In this document: piece after piece, positions 39,705-49,888 of the stretch
Numbering within the stretch: position 1 is the first letter of the stretch
Layout: the number at the start of each line of letters is the position of its first letter
From: Promethearchaeia archaeon
GTDB taxonomy: Archaea > Asgardarchaeota > Lokiarchaeia > Sigyniarchaeales > SOKP01
DNA length: 64,000 nucleotides
Reading direction: 5' to 3'
NCBI GenBank assembly: GCA_046483985.1
Contig: JAWOCD010000039.1
Location: 1 to 64,000 of the forward strand
Program-made: the position numbers and the translations under genes
Notes under the pieces: generated by a model
Seen by the model: the letters and a program-made list of their open reading frames with translations, nothing else
Database searches by the model: none
What the model was told of the DNA's origin: nothing

Positions 39705-40493
39705 ATGCCGAAAAATGTTTTAGCCATTGGACCCCATGCCGATGATCTCACTATTTGGGCAGGTGGGTTTCTCAAAAAATTAACTTCTGAAGGAAACAAA
39801 CTGATATGTGTTCGAATCACGAATGATTACGGAGATTGCAAGGGAAAGACCCCTGACGAAGCTATTAAATTAAATCGAATAGAAGCGGAAAAGGCATACG
39901 AAGTACTCGGAGCATTTAAAACTATTCATCTTAATTACCCTACAGATACGCTTGTAAGCGTTGATTATTTGAAACTAAGAGGGAAGTTAGTCTATTTAAT
40001 ACGGAAATATCGCCCAGACATCGTTGTTTCGTTTGATATGAACTATGGGATTAATGAAGAGAATATGGACCATATTATAACTGGAAGGGCCGTGAATGAG
40101 GCCTGTTGGCAAGCAGCCGTTGAAAACTTTTATCCGGATCACTTAGAAGAAGGCTTGGATATTCATTACGTGGGCGAACGCTATCTATTTGCCAGAAATC
40201 CAACTGTGGTCAATTACAAGGTTGATATTTCAAACTATATAAGAGACAAAATAAAAGCTATTTCGCAACATAAAACCGTTTTGGAAAACTTCTTTTTCCA
40301 ATACAAATTAATTGCGAGAGCCAATGGGCTCAAAATCGATCTGTTAGAGGATGAGAGCATTTCGAATGAAACCAGAGTTAAACTTTTTGTACGCTCAGTC
40401 TTTGGAAAAGTAGGAGGGGAATTCGGAGCAAAATATGGAGAAGTGTTCAATAGAATTGGGGCTGGCATTTTAGAAGAATTTGCCTCAGATTAA
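39705..40493 (+). CDS. PIG-L/LmbE family deacetylase
   Basis: LAIGPHADD, IRKYRPDIV, MDHIITG, KIKAISQHKT. Confidence 0.85.
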   Translation: MPKNVLAIGPHADDLTIWAGGFLKKLTSEGNKLICVRITNDYGDCKGKTPDEAIKLNRIEAEKAYEVLGAFKTIHLNYPTDTLVSVDYLKLRGKLVYLIRKYRPDIVVSFDMNYGINEENMDHIITGRAVNEACWQAAVENFYPDHLEEGLDIHYVGERYLFARNPTVVNYKVDISNYIRDKIKAISQHKTVLENFFFQYKLIARANGLKIDLLEDESISNETRVKLFVRSVFGKVGGEFGAKYGEVFNRIGAGILEEFASD

Positions 40494-41719
40494 ATTAAAA
40501 TCATTGCTAAGATGTCAACTAGGGCTTTTGCCAATATCCATTGATAGAGAGAATATTTTTGTAATCCTGAATTAATTTCGTCTCCGTATATCTCCCAGAT
40601 CTCCCGATATACTTTGCTTCTATTCGTGCTTCTACTCCATAAAGGATTATATATTGCTAAAGTCTCCTTTTTTTGGAAAACTTTTCTTAAATCTTCTAAG
40701 CTAGCAACTTTCTCTTTTATGAGTGTAGATGCAGCCCCTATCATGTTTCTAAAATGAGCGTCAGAACCACCTACCTTCGCAATTTCCCGTGCCACGGGAA
40801 AATCAAAATATTTACCATAATTATTTTCTTGGCTCACCACGGTGGCCATCCAGTTAAAATAGCCAAAGTTGGAGCGGATTACATTTATCTCTTTTGGAAA
40901 AGGTAATTGATTGAAAAAGCCTTCATAAGATTTATCCGCCATAAACCCTACAGTATAATTTATTGTTTCCACGGCGTCTGGGCAAGAATATCGATTATAT
41001 TTACGATTTGCTAAGATCTGGTGAGCCTTTACCATATAAAAAGGATGAGGTACAATAACTAGACCATTTTCATCGTGAACTTTCTCGATAAATTCTTGTG
41101 TGTAGGAATTGGCAATCTTTTTTAATCCCCCGTAATCCTCTATAAAATTTCGGGGGAGTCCAAGAGCAATTATCTCCACAATATCGTTTGGATGTTCTTC
41201 ACTTAATCTCATGAAGAATTCACAACTTCCTGGAAAGCTGATAAAATGTTCCGGGAGATGCCCGTTATTCTTGAAATCTTCTGCTAATTCGTGGAATTTA
41301 TAACTCCGCTTTAATACTTTTTCGTCCAAAAATCTCTTTTTTCCGTCCTTTCCTATATGAAAAGGATGATCTGTAATGGCCATTCCATCCAGATGCTCTT
41401 TCCGGGCAATATCTGATAAAATTTCCTTATATGTAACGGCTCCATCGGAATACTGGGAATGCATATGAAAATCATAGAGAAAGGCATTCTCCGGAATAAT
41501 TGAGGGTTTATAGGGAAAAAGATAATTCGGAAATTTTTTTCTCGTTTTATGGTAAGTAACTAACTGCATTAATCCGTACTTTGAAAATAGCCGATCATAA
41601 ATGAAGTTTAATACCGGGTTTTGGTGGATAATCGGAACTTTTACCAAATTTTCGGGGGGGATTCTAGAACCCGATAAATGAAAGCGTGTTTTCTGTTTGA
41701 ATTTTTTATCAATCTTCAT
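40490..41719 (-). CDS. PHP-domain protein
   Basis: DFHMHSQYSDG, AITDH, VPHPF, GGSDAH. Confidence 0.85.
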   Translation of the reverse strand: MKIDKKFKQKTRFHLSGSRIPPENLVKVPIIHQNPVLNFIYDRLFSKYGLMQLVTYHKTRKKFPNYLFPYKPSIIPENAFLYDFHMHSQYSDGAVTYKEILSDIARKEHLDGMAITDHPFHIGKDGKKRFLDEKVLKRSYKFHELAEDFKNNGHLPEHFISFPGSCEFFMRLSEEHPNDIVEIIALGLPRNFIEDYGGLKKIANSYTQEFIEKVHDENGLVIVPHPFYMVKAHQILANRKYNRYSCPDAVETINYTVGFMADKSYEGFFNQLPFPKEINVIRSNFGYFNWMATVVSQENNYGKYFDFPVAREIAKVGGSDAHFRNMIGAASTLIKEKVASLEDLRKVFQKKETLAIYNPLWSRSTNRSKVYREIWEIYGDEINSGLQKYSLYQWILAKALVDILAMILI

Positions 41720-41964
41720 TTTATCTTATAATGAACTTGTGCTATGATCTATTCATAATTTTCAATCTTAAATTATTTTTAGGTCTAAAAAAATACTAAC
41801 TAAAAATAGTTAGAAATAAAAAAAAGGAATTGTAAATTAAATTCAATTATCCTTCGCGTTTTAACTTTGTCTTTAATGTTTGATGGAATGGCTGAAAAGG
41901 ACTAGTAAATGAAAAATGATCAAAGAAGTTGGAGGAAAAGCATAATTAGTAAAAATGACCAAAG

Positions 41965-42723
41965 GTGTTGAGCAATATTAAAGCAATTATACTTTGTGCT
42001 GGTTATGGCACCCGGATGGAGCCGTATACGCATACATATCAAAAGACCATGATTCCGCTTCATGGAAAACCGTTATTAGAATACATTATTGATGGCATTA
42101 AATATGCAGGGATAACAAGCTTTATTTTGGTTGTTGGTTATAAAAAAGAACAAATTATAGAGTATTTTGGAGATGGATCTTCAAAGAATCTTTCAATTGA
42201 ATATGTAGAGCAGAAAAATTTAAATGGAACTGGTGGAGCGGTGATGCTCTGTGAAGATTTAATCAGGGAAGACCATTTTTTTCTTACATGGGGGGACATT
42301 CTTGTCTCTTATGACGTTTATAAGCAAGTCTATGAAACTTATAAACAAGAGAACGTAAATTTTATTCTCACCACCAACTATTTGGAGGATATATCTAAGG
42401 GATGTGCTATCTATTGTGAGGGGGATTATTGCATTGAAATGATTGAAAAACCCGACCCCGAGCAACAGAGCACAAATCTCAGTAACTGCGGTATCTTCAT
42501 TCTTTCCACCGAAATCTTTAAGGAACTAAAAAAGTTAAAACCTTCAGACCGTGGAGAATTAGAATTACCCGTGGCTCTCAGGAAGGGAATCAAAGAACGC
42601 AATTGGAGAGTAAGAATTATTAGATTAAAAAAGGGAGAATTTCGGGGGGATTTTGGCGATAAAGCGGAATATGAAAGACTTAGAGACAGTTCTTATTGGT
42701 TGCGGTTACTAAAGGAGGAATGA
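41965..42723 (+). CDS. Sugar-phosphate nucleotidyltransferase
   Basis: AIILCAGYGTRM..K, GTGGA, WGD, EKP, SDRGELEL. Confidence 0.88.
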   Translation: MLSNIKAIILCAGYGTRMEPYTHTYQKTMIPLHGKPLLEYIIDGIKYAGITSFILVVGYKKEQIIEYFGDGSSKNLSIEYVEQKNLNGTGGAVMLCEDLIREDHFFLTWGDILVSYDVYKQVYETYKQENVNFILTTNYLEDISKGCAIYCEGDYCIEMIEKPDPEQQSTNLSNCGIFILSTEIFKELKKLKPSDRGELELPVALRKGIKERNWRVRIIRLKKGEFRGDFGDKAEYERLRDSSYWLRLLKEE

Positions 42724-42893
42724 ATTACTTTTACCTCCACATTTCATTCTTATTGTCTTCGAGATTTCTTATTTTATTTTTGAGTATAAAAAAGTTCCAT
42801 TTTGCTATCTAAATAAATAAAAATTAAATAATGAGTTGGAGAATTTAATATTAATAGCAATTTAATCTATATATTTCTAAAAATTTCAAAACA

Positions 42894-44546
42894 ATGAGAA
42901 TTAGAACACGTGAAAAGCTAAAGAAGAAGAACGCGATAATCGTATTTCTCTTTCTCCTCCCTCTAATCACCTTTCTAAGCTATACGGGGGGATTATTTAT
43001 CATTGTTAACGATATGGCGTCATATACTTACGATGTGGAAATTGACAAGAATGATTTTTATGGAGAAAGTGAAATTAACGAAACGTTGCTCGCAGAAATT
43101 GCGGAGGTATTAGAATACCGTCATAATAAATACCATATTCCGGAAGGCATTATTAATCTGACCCTTAGCGTTGATTTTACGGATTATAACTATAGTACTG
43201 TAGAACGATGGCATGAAACGGATAACGCTGCCTTATGGGGTGGAGAGATCCTTGGTGCAGAGTGTCATCGCTATGCTGTCGCAAAAAGAGAAGAAAATGA
43301 TGACGAATTGAACGAGACAATCCACGTCATTAGAAGATTAGTCCATGGATTTTCTATGCTCTTAAAAGTTCCAAATGGAGGCCTAGGACCAGAATATCCT
43401 GGGATTCCAGCGCGTTTCTATGCCGCTCCTGGGCAAGAAGGATTATTTCCAAAGATTTTTAGCGACCATTACAAGATGTTCAATGGGTCGGGGGATTATA
43501 AGAATTGGAAATGTCGGTTAAAAACCAGTAAGGATGAGCTTGCCGGCTATATTTTGGGTCTGGGAACTGTCTTAAAGTTCATTGATCCAGAAGATTCGGC
43601 GGACGCGGAATGGTGCTATGAAACGGTGAAATTGATGGTTGCTCAATTAATAGAGGGATTTAAGGACACGAATTGGCTTGTATTACATGGAGATGGCTAT
43701 CCCGCTGGAAGCGATAATAATATGTATTTGGGGGGAGGTGTTTGGAAATTGGCTTGGCTAAAATTGGGCGAGTTAGCATATCCAGAGAAATATGCAACTG
43801 ACTATAACTATATTGCTGCAAAAGCAATGCATTTACATCAATCCGGGGAGGGAACCCTTTGGAATACCATAATGGAGTATTATGCCTATAATTTCGGCCA
43901 AGCTGTTGTGTATTCATTAGTTCTTTTGGAAGACGACCCAGAGTTAAAACATTTCTATATAACTATGCATGAAAATGGATTTTATAATATTTTGAGATAT
44001 CATCGGAATGCATGGTTTAATGCAGCTCATCTAGCCTTTATGAAGATGATAGGTGAAGAAAAAAGTAAAGAGTTTGAAGATCCTGACTATAATCATGATA
44101 CTATTGCTTGGGACGTTAAGGACCAACTTTATCGATTCAAAGATTGGGTTAATCCGAAAGGAATGTCGCTCTCGAAAGACCAGTGGGGAGTACGAAATTA
44201 TAACCTAACGCAACGACCCCATTCAACTCGAGCTACTAGCGAGAATGAGGATATTAAAGCGATGGAAAAAGATCCAACTTCAAAAGAGTGGAGGGATTTC
44301 TTCGATAACCATATTTTTGGGAAATTATATTCCTGGGTCCAAGAAGATTTGTTCGATTTTGAAGATCATTATCTGAAACCCATCACGGTGTCTGAGCAGG
44401 GGACCGCGTCTAATGTGTGGGCAAGAAATCCGTTTTATGCGGAGGGTGGAGATGCTGGCGGGAATGGTTTGCGTGAGGAACGGGGATTATCTTTCCTTTT
44501 ACCCTATTGGATTATGAGATATCACGGATATCTCGAGGCTTCATAA
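42894..44546 (+). CDS. Uncharacterised membrane-anchored protein, MRIRTR family paralog 1
   Basis: Shares TDN, PNGG, RLKTSxDE, LEDD, YHRN and RNYNLTxRPHSTR motifs with 46206 and 56652. Confidence 0.85.
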   Translation: MRIRTREKLKKKNAIIVFLFLLPLITFLSYTGGLFIIVNDMASYTYDVEIDKNDFYGESEINETLLAEIAEVLEYRHNKYHIPEGIINLTLSVDFTDYNYSTVERWHETDNAALWGGEILGAECHRYAVAKREENDDELNETIHVIRRLVHGFSMLLKVPNGGLGPEYPGIPARFYAAPGQEGLFPKIFSDHYKMFNGSGDYKNWKCRLKTSKDELAGYILGLGTVLKFIDPEDSADAEWCYETVKLMVAQLIEGFKDTNWLVLHGDGYPAGSDNNMYLGGGVWKLAWLKLGELAYPEKYATDYNYIAAKAMHLHQSGEGTLWNTIMEYYAYNFGQAVVYSLVLLEDDPELKHFYITMHENGFYNILRYHRNAWFNAAHLAFMKMIGEEKSKEFEDPDYNHDTIAWDVKDQLYRFKDWVNPKGMSLSKDQWGVRNYNLTQRPHSTRATSENEDIKAMEKDPTSKEWRDFFDNHIFGKLYSWVQEDLFDFEDHYLKPITVSEQGTASNVWARNPFYAEGGDAGGNGLREERGLSFLLPYWIMRYHGYLEAS

Positions 44547-44625
44547 AGAACTGATGCTTTTCAATATTCAATAAAAATTTAAAATAGTAAAAAAGAATAT
44601 TCAATACATAGAACGTGATATAAAT

Positions 44626-45762
44626 ATGAAAAACCATAAAAAAAACACGCAAATTTTCTCTATTTCATTATTAACCGTGCTCGTCTGCAGCTCTTTTTTG
44701 ATGGTTTTTGCCATCTGGAGCATCAGAGTACCAGTGAACTCAGAAGAGCAAGCTGCTGCTAACCCCACTAATACAAATTCAACACCGAAAATTTCTGGTG
44801 ATTTTAATGCCTCCGTCGAGATTTATATTAAGAATAATTGGACAGAAACAGAAGATACAGAAGATTGGTGTACAGGAAATGGAACGGATTCGGATCCTTT
44901 CTTAATTGATGGATTAGAAATCAACGGAGGAGAAGAAAACGTGTGTTTAGTAATTCAAGACACCGTAGAAAATTTTACGGTAAAAAACTGTACATTTATG
45001 GATAGTGCCGAAGGAAATAACTATGGGGGATTAGTTCTAAATAATGTAACTAAGGGAAATATTTCTGATAATAAAATTTATAGTAATTCTCACGGAATTT
45101 GGCTTTATAACACATCAGATATGATAATTGAAGAAAATAGAATTATAAATAATACCGAAAGTGGGATTTATATGGAAAAATCTGAAAGTGTGGATATTTT
45201 AGGGAATCTTATCAAGAATTGCAGTGAAAGCGATGGAATTAGGCTGAATGACACATCAAGTATACTAATTGAAGATAATAGAATATCAAATAACAAGAAA
45301 AATGGTATTTATCTGGCAGAATCTCAAGATGTGGATATTTTTGATAATATTGTTAAGAAAAATACAGAAGATGGGATCTTTCTTTCTAACTCCGAGTCTA
45401 ATAATATGTCCTACAATATAATCCATATCAATACCCTTTATGGTGTACATTTAGATTCCAAAAGCGATAATAATGGGCTCCGTGAAAATTACTTAGGATA
45501 TAACACGAAGGGATGCTGGAAAGACGAGGGAAGTGAAAATATCTTCACTTTAAATGATTGTATTGGAAATTATGAAGAGGAGCCCGTATATGATGATTAT
45601 GAACCGACAGACTTGACCCCGATAATAATAGGGGTAGGGGTTACACTTGCGATAATTCTTGGACTCATAATTTTTGCTAAATTTGGGTTCCCCGTATTGA
45701 AAGAAAAATTTCTGGACAGCTCCCGGGAATCGTCAGAAAAAGAGTTACAAAAACAAGTATAA
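44626..45762 (+). CDS. Right-handed beta-helix (NosD-like) surface protein with N- and C-terminal TM
   Basis: WCTGNGTDSDPFLI; repeated GIxL..S..I..N.I..N units. Confidence 0.85.
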   Translation: MKNHKKNTQIFSISLLTVLVCSSFLMVFAIWSIRVPVNSEEQAAANPTNTNSTPKISGDFNASVEIYIKNNWTETEDTEDWCTGNGTDSDPFLIDGLEINGGEENVCLVIQDTVENFTVKNCTFMDSAEGNNYGGLVLNNVTKGNISDNKIYSNSHGIWLYNTSDMIIEENRIINNTESGIYMEKSESVDILGNLIKNCSESDGIRLNDTSSILIEDNRISNNKKNGIYLAESQDVDIFDNIVKKNTEDGIFLSNSESNNMSYNIIHINTLYGVHLDSKSDNNGLRENYLGYNTKGCWKDEGSENIFTLNDCIGNYEEEPVYDDYEPTDLTPIIIGVGVTLAIILGLIIFAKFGFPVLKEKFLDSSRESSEKELQKQV

Positions 45763-45789
45763 ACATAAATAATAACAAACCTTTTTTTT

Positions 45790-46078
45790 CATTTATTTTT
45801 TGTTTTTAATTGTTGTAAGTAAACACTCAACCACTCTTGAAACAGTTGATTAAATTGAGATAAGGAACATTTCTCGTGATTCTTAATGGAAAGGCTCCCT
45901 TCTACTAAAAACTTGTTTGACCGTGTTGAACCATCTCTCGATTTTCCCTTTTGTTTGCGGATGATGCGATTTCGCAAAAATCGGGTTTATATCTAAATGC
46001 TCCAGTAATTTCGAATATTTGGTGCCTAAATCTCCGATCAAATTCTGAATTGGGTGCTATCATTCGCCAGCATTTCTT
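45790..46078 (-). mobile_element. Degraded DDE transposase (IS481/IS3-like integrase core) fragment
   Basis: Manual translation: LLEHLDINPIFAKSHHPQTKGKIERWFNTVKQ. Flanked by frameshifted LANDSTQF (a DNGxQF remnant) and FNQLFQEWL. Confidence 0.75.
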
Positions 46079-46205
46079 AATTACTGATCACATTTTTAGA
46101 TTCAAAGTTAAATTATATTTCATTACCATTTCGTTTCAAATGTTAAATATCTAAAGGGTTAATCTTTCTATAAGAAGAATTTAAAAAAAATTTATAGAAT
46201 CTGAT

Positions 46206-47828
46206 ATGAGAATTCGCACTAGAGAAAAATTAGCGAAAAAAAATGCTGTCATAGTGTTCCTCTGCTTATTACCCCTTCTTGGGGTGTCCACCTATGGGAC
46301 GAGTATTCTTTACATCTTATATGATATCAACTCGTTTACCTTTGAACCCAATAAACCAAATACAGATTATTTTGAATCTTCAGAAGGCATTGACATGACG
46401 CGTTTGGAAGAGATGGCGGAGACTTTCGATTATCGAACCCGAAAATTTAATGCTCCCATCGGATATCCTGTGGATGTCGTGTTTAAAAACAGATCCTATA
46501 CCTATGATGCGATCGACCATTGGGAACACACCGATAATGGTGCTTTGCATAATGCTTATGCGCTTGCAGCGGCGTGTTTGAAATATAAGGTTGCGCTCGA
46601 AGCGGGAGATCACGAGCGTATCAACAATATCACAGAGAACGTAAGATTTTATGTCCAAGCGTTGGAAAATCTTATCGCCGCTCCCAATGGAGGAATAGGA
46701 AAAAAGCCTGGAACCGATGAGTGGTATCCGGGAATTCTTTCTCGGTTTGCATGTTCTTATCAGGATGCCAAAAAATACCACCCGTTTATGCTAGAGCCTC
46801 ATGTGAGACATCATAATGGAACGGGGGAATATAAAAATTGGCGGATAAGATTGAAGACTTCCCGTGATGAGGTGTCCGGATTTTATTTGGGATGGGCATG
46901 TGTATTGAAATTTATAGATCCCAACGAGAATGAAGATTCAAAATGGTGTGTAGACCATGTAAAAACGATGGTTGAGCAAGTAATCAGGCATTGGAAAAAA
47001 GAATCGAACTGGTTGGTTTTGGATCACAACGGTGCCCCCACGGGATCAGATATTAACAGCCCCGATTGGCAATTGGTAGGATTACGTATCGCCGCCACTG
47101 CTTGCCCGGAGAAATATGAGGCCCTTTATCATTATGTTGCTTCCAAAAAACTCCAATTCTTGCAAGCCAGTATGGGTGATTGGCCGAATGCAGGATTTGA
47201 ATATTTTGCTTGGATGCTTGCGGGAAATTCTATGTTTACTCTGATACTCTTAGAAGATGATCCGAACCTTCAATATCATTACATAAAACTCTATGAAAGC
47301 GGAATGTATAATGCCTTACGATATCACAGAAATGCGTATGCAAATATTCTCCATTTAGTTTTTATGAGTATGCTGGAGCCAGAACAAGTGACCCAAATAG
47401 AACGTCCAATTTCTAATGATTTTGTCAGATGGGATGTGCTTGACCAACTTTGGCGTTTCCATACCAGTAATTGGTGTCCTATTCGGAATTATAATCTTAC
47501 CGAAAGACCCCACTCGACTCGTTCTACCAGTAAAAATCCAGAGATACGGGCGAAGAAATTGGATCCCAGCAGAAAACGGTGGAGAGAGTTTATTAACTCT
47601 CATCCGGTCGGAGGGATGTACGAATGGTTAATTGATCTGTTTGACATGGAAGATAAATTATATGAAGAACCCCGAACGATTTCAGAACATTGGGCACAGC
47701 ATATGATTTGGCAGAGTAATCCTTTCAAGAAAGAGGGAGGGGACCCTCATGGAGGTGGATTAGAAGAGGCTCCTGGAACTTCCTATACTCTTGTCTACTG
47801 GTTAGGAAGAGCATTCGAGATATTCTAA
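46206..47828 (+). CDS. Uncharacterised membrane-anchored protein, MRIRTR family paralog 2
   Basis: Same motif series as 42894 and 56652. Confidence 0.85.
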   Translation: MRIRTREKLAKKNAVIVFLCLLPLLGVSTYGTSILYILYDINSFTFEPNKPNTDYFESSEGIDMTRLEEMAETFDYRTRKFNAPIGYPVDVVFKNRSYTYDAIDHWEHTDNGALHNAYALAAACLKYKVALEAGDHERINNITENVRFYVQALENLIAAPNGGIGKKPGTDEWYPGILSRFACSYQDAKKYHPFMLEPHVRHHNGTGEYKNWRIRLKTSRDEVSGFYLGWACVLKFIDPNENEDSKWCVDHVKTMVEQVIRHWKKESNWLVLDHNGAPTGSDINSPDWQLVGLRIAATACPEKYEALYHYVASKKLQFLQASMGDWPNAGFEYFAWMLAGNSMFTLILLEDDPNLQYHYIKLYESGMYNALRYHRNAYANILHLVFMSMLEPEQVTQIERPISNDFVRWDVLDQLWRFHTSNWCPIRNYNLTERPHSTRSTSKNPEIRAKKLDPSRKRWREFINSHPVGGMYEWLIDLFDMEDKLYEEPRTISEHWAQHMIWQSNPFKKEGGDPHGGGLEEAPGTSYTLVYWLGRAFEIF

Positions 47829-47871
47829 ATTTTTAATTTTTATTTTTTTATTAGAAGATAAGCAAAATAGG

Positions 47872-49089
47872 TTAAGATAATTTTTTAGTTAGATTTTCCA
47901 TGCTTCCTTGACACGGATTTCCATATACCGCAAAAACTTGGTTATTTTTCATGTCCATCATTATTCCGAATCCAGTTGAGACCTTTTCTCCGTGATTACA
48001 GAATGTATTCTCTGATGGCATGTTGTTGGGACCATGATCGCTCTGTACTTTCGCATTTAAAAAATCCAAGGAGATCTTCTCATTTTCCATATCCTTGAGT
48101 ATATTATATGTACGCTTGTATCTGAGAATAGAAGACCTATGAACTAGCTTTCCTTGAAGGAACTTAGGCGCTCCTTTCGTATAAAATGCATTGCGCGGTA
48201 CTTCACTTTGTTTCATGACTGGAGTAACATAATGGTTGGTAGCGATCAAAAAGTCCGATTCTCCTTTTTTGCCCTTCCTCCGAACCTCAACTTGAGTTGG
48301 ACTCGTTTCCACTACGGCTAAATCACCGCCCCTATCCGCAATCATCATGTTTGCCCCTCCTAAACGTGGAAATTGCTTCAGCATCTGAATAGATTCCTTC
48401 ACGGTGGTACAGTGCTCAAGGACCTCTCGAATTAAAAACATTGGCGGAATCCCTTTTTTTCCAATGTTCAAAGGATAAGCAAAACTGTACACCATAGATA
48501 GACCCTTTTCATTTACTCCATTATTAATACCCCCTAATCCGTCTACGCTGGAGCCCAGTGTGGCATACTTCTCCCCATAGGTTGGCGTTAATTTTCGAAA
48601 AATTATATGTTGTGCGAGCGTTGGAGTCCCATCCCAATTTTTGATTATCAAAACTCCGCCCGTATCCGTCCGATTTGGCGTTATTCCCACTGCACTACAA
48701 TTATTTAAAGGGAAGCTGTTCCCTCTTGTTTCCTTATACTTAGTAACTTGAGAGCCTAAAGCATCGATGGCTTGAAGGAAGAGAATCCTTTTCATGGAGA
48801 GCTGAGCGCCTTCGCTTAATCCTTCTAAAAACTCCCATTGGGAGGGAAGATGTGTTTTTATAGAGTCTTTTACCATTTTAGAAGAGAAATAGACAGCTAA
48901 TTTGACGAATAGAAATTTGGGGATCAGAAACGGTTTTGCGGCTAAAAAGTCCTCTGAATGTATAAGATCCTTATACATCTGATGGATTGCTTCTTGAAAT
49001 TTGGTCCCTTGTTGCAGCCCCATGTCGTATTCTGACCCCTCTAACTGAAAAACTTTAATCGACTTTTTCATGCAAAAATCACCTTTCAT
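47872..49089 (-). CDS. Peptidase C45 / Ntn-hydrolase (autoproteolytic acyltransferase/amidase)
   Basis: YDMGLQQG, internal NCSAV nucleophile, KNWD, GVNEKGL, ATNHY. Confidence 0.85.
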   Translation of the reverse strand: MKGDFCMKKSIKVFQLEGSEYDMGLQQGTKFQEAIHQMYKDLIHSEDFLAAKPFLIPKFLFVKLAVYFSSKMVKDSIKTHLPSQWEFLEGLSEGAQLSMKRILFLQAIDALGSQVTKYKETRGNSFPLNNCSAVGITPNRTDTGGVLIIKNWDGTPTLAQHIIFRKLTPTYGEKYATLGSSVDGLGGINNGVNEKGLSMVYSFAYPLNIGKKGIPPMFLIREVLEHCTTVKESIQMLKQFPRLGGANMMIADRGGDLAVVETSPTQVEVRRKGKKGESDFLIATNHYVTPVMKQSEVPRNAFYTKGAPKFLQGKLVHRSSILRYKRTYNILKDMENEKISLDFLNAKVQSDHGPNNMPSENTFCNHGEKVSTGFGIMMDMKNNQVFAVYGNPCQGSMENLTKKLS

Positions 49090-49091
49090 AC

Positions 49092-49886
49092 TTATAATTC
49101 GTATAAATCTGGTTTTCTATCATCAACCAAATTATTATAATCGTTTAAATCCTTAGATCTTGCCTCATGTGGATTAATTTCAGCCACATCTACATGAACC
49201 TCATTTTTGGGAGCGGCTGATAATACTTCCCCCTTATAATCTGTAATTTGGCTCTCTCCAGTGAAAGTAAAGTCATCTTCTCCACGCTGTTCTCGTCCTA
49301 TGCGATTTGCCGTCACTGCAAACACCCTATTCTCGAGACACCTTACTTTCATCGCATTTTGGCAATAGGGGAGCACTAAATTTGCAGAGTGTGCTATTAC
49401 ATCGGCACCTAATAGGGCTAACGAACGAATAGATTCCGGAAATAACCAATCAAAGCATATCATCATTCCAATTTTCATTTTATTGGTTTCATAGATTTGA
49501 AAAGGCCTATTTCCAGGTGAAAACCAAAGCTTTTCCTTATTATAGAGATGAATTTTTCGATAAGATCCAAAAACTTTATCTTGAGAGACCATAAGTGATG
49601 AATTATATAATTTATTTCCGTCTTTTTCTATAAACCCTCCAATAATAATGGAGCTTGTTTTTTCGGCAATTTGCTGAAGGAATTTAGAGGTTTTTCCATT
49701 CAGAGGTTCTGCCATTTCTTGAGCCTCTTCCTTGGAAATAAATGTATAACCCGTAGCAAATAATTCTGGGAGCACCAGAAGATCTGCATTAACATTTTCA
49801 GAAACTTCCTCCACCTCTGAAAAATTTTTTTCTTTATCTCCAAACACGGGAGACGTTTGAATATATCCGATCTTCAATTCTAACAC
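49092..49886 (-). CDS. Carbon-nitrogen hydrolase (nitrilase superfamily)
   Basis: LPELF, YRKIHL, ICFDW catalytic triad motifs. Confidence 0.9.
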   Translation of the reverse strand: MLELKIGYIQTSPVFGDKEKNFSEVEEVSENVNADLLVLPELFATGYTFISKEEAQEMAEPLNGKTSKFLQQIAEKTSSIIIGGFIEKDGNKLYNSSLMVSQDKVFGSYRKIHLYNKEKLWFSPGNRPFQIYETNKMKIGMMICFDWLFPESIRSLALLGADVIAHSANLVLPYCQNAMKVRCLENRVFAVTANRIGREQRGEDDFTFTGESQITDYKGEVLSAAPKNEVHVDVAEINPHEARSKDLNDYNNLVDDRKPDLYEL

Positions 49887-49888
49887 TT

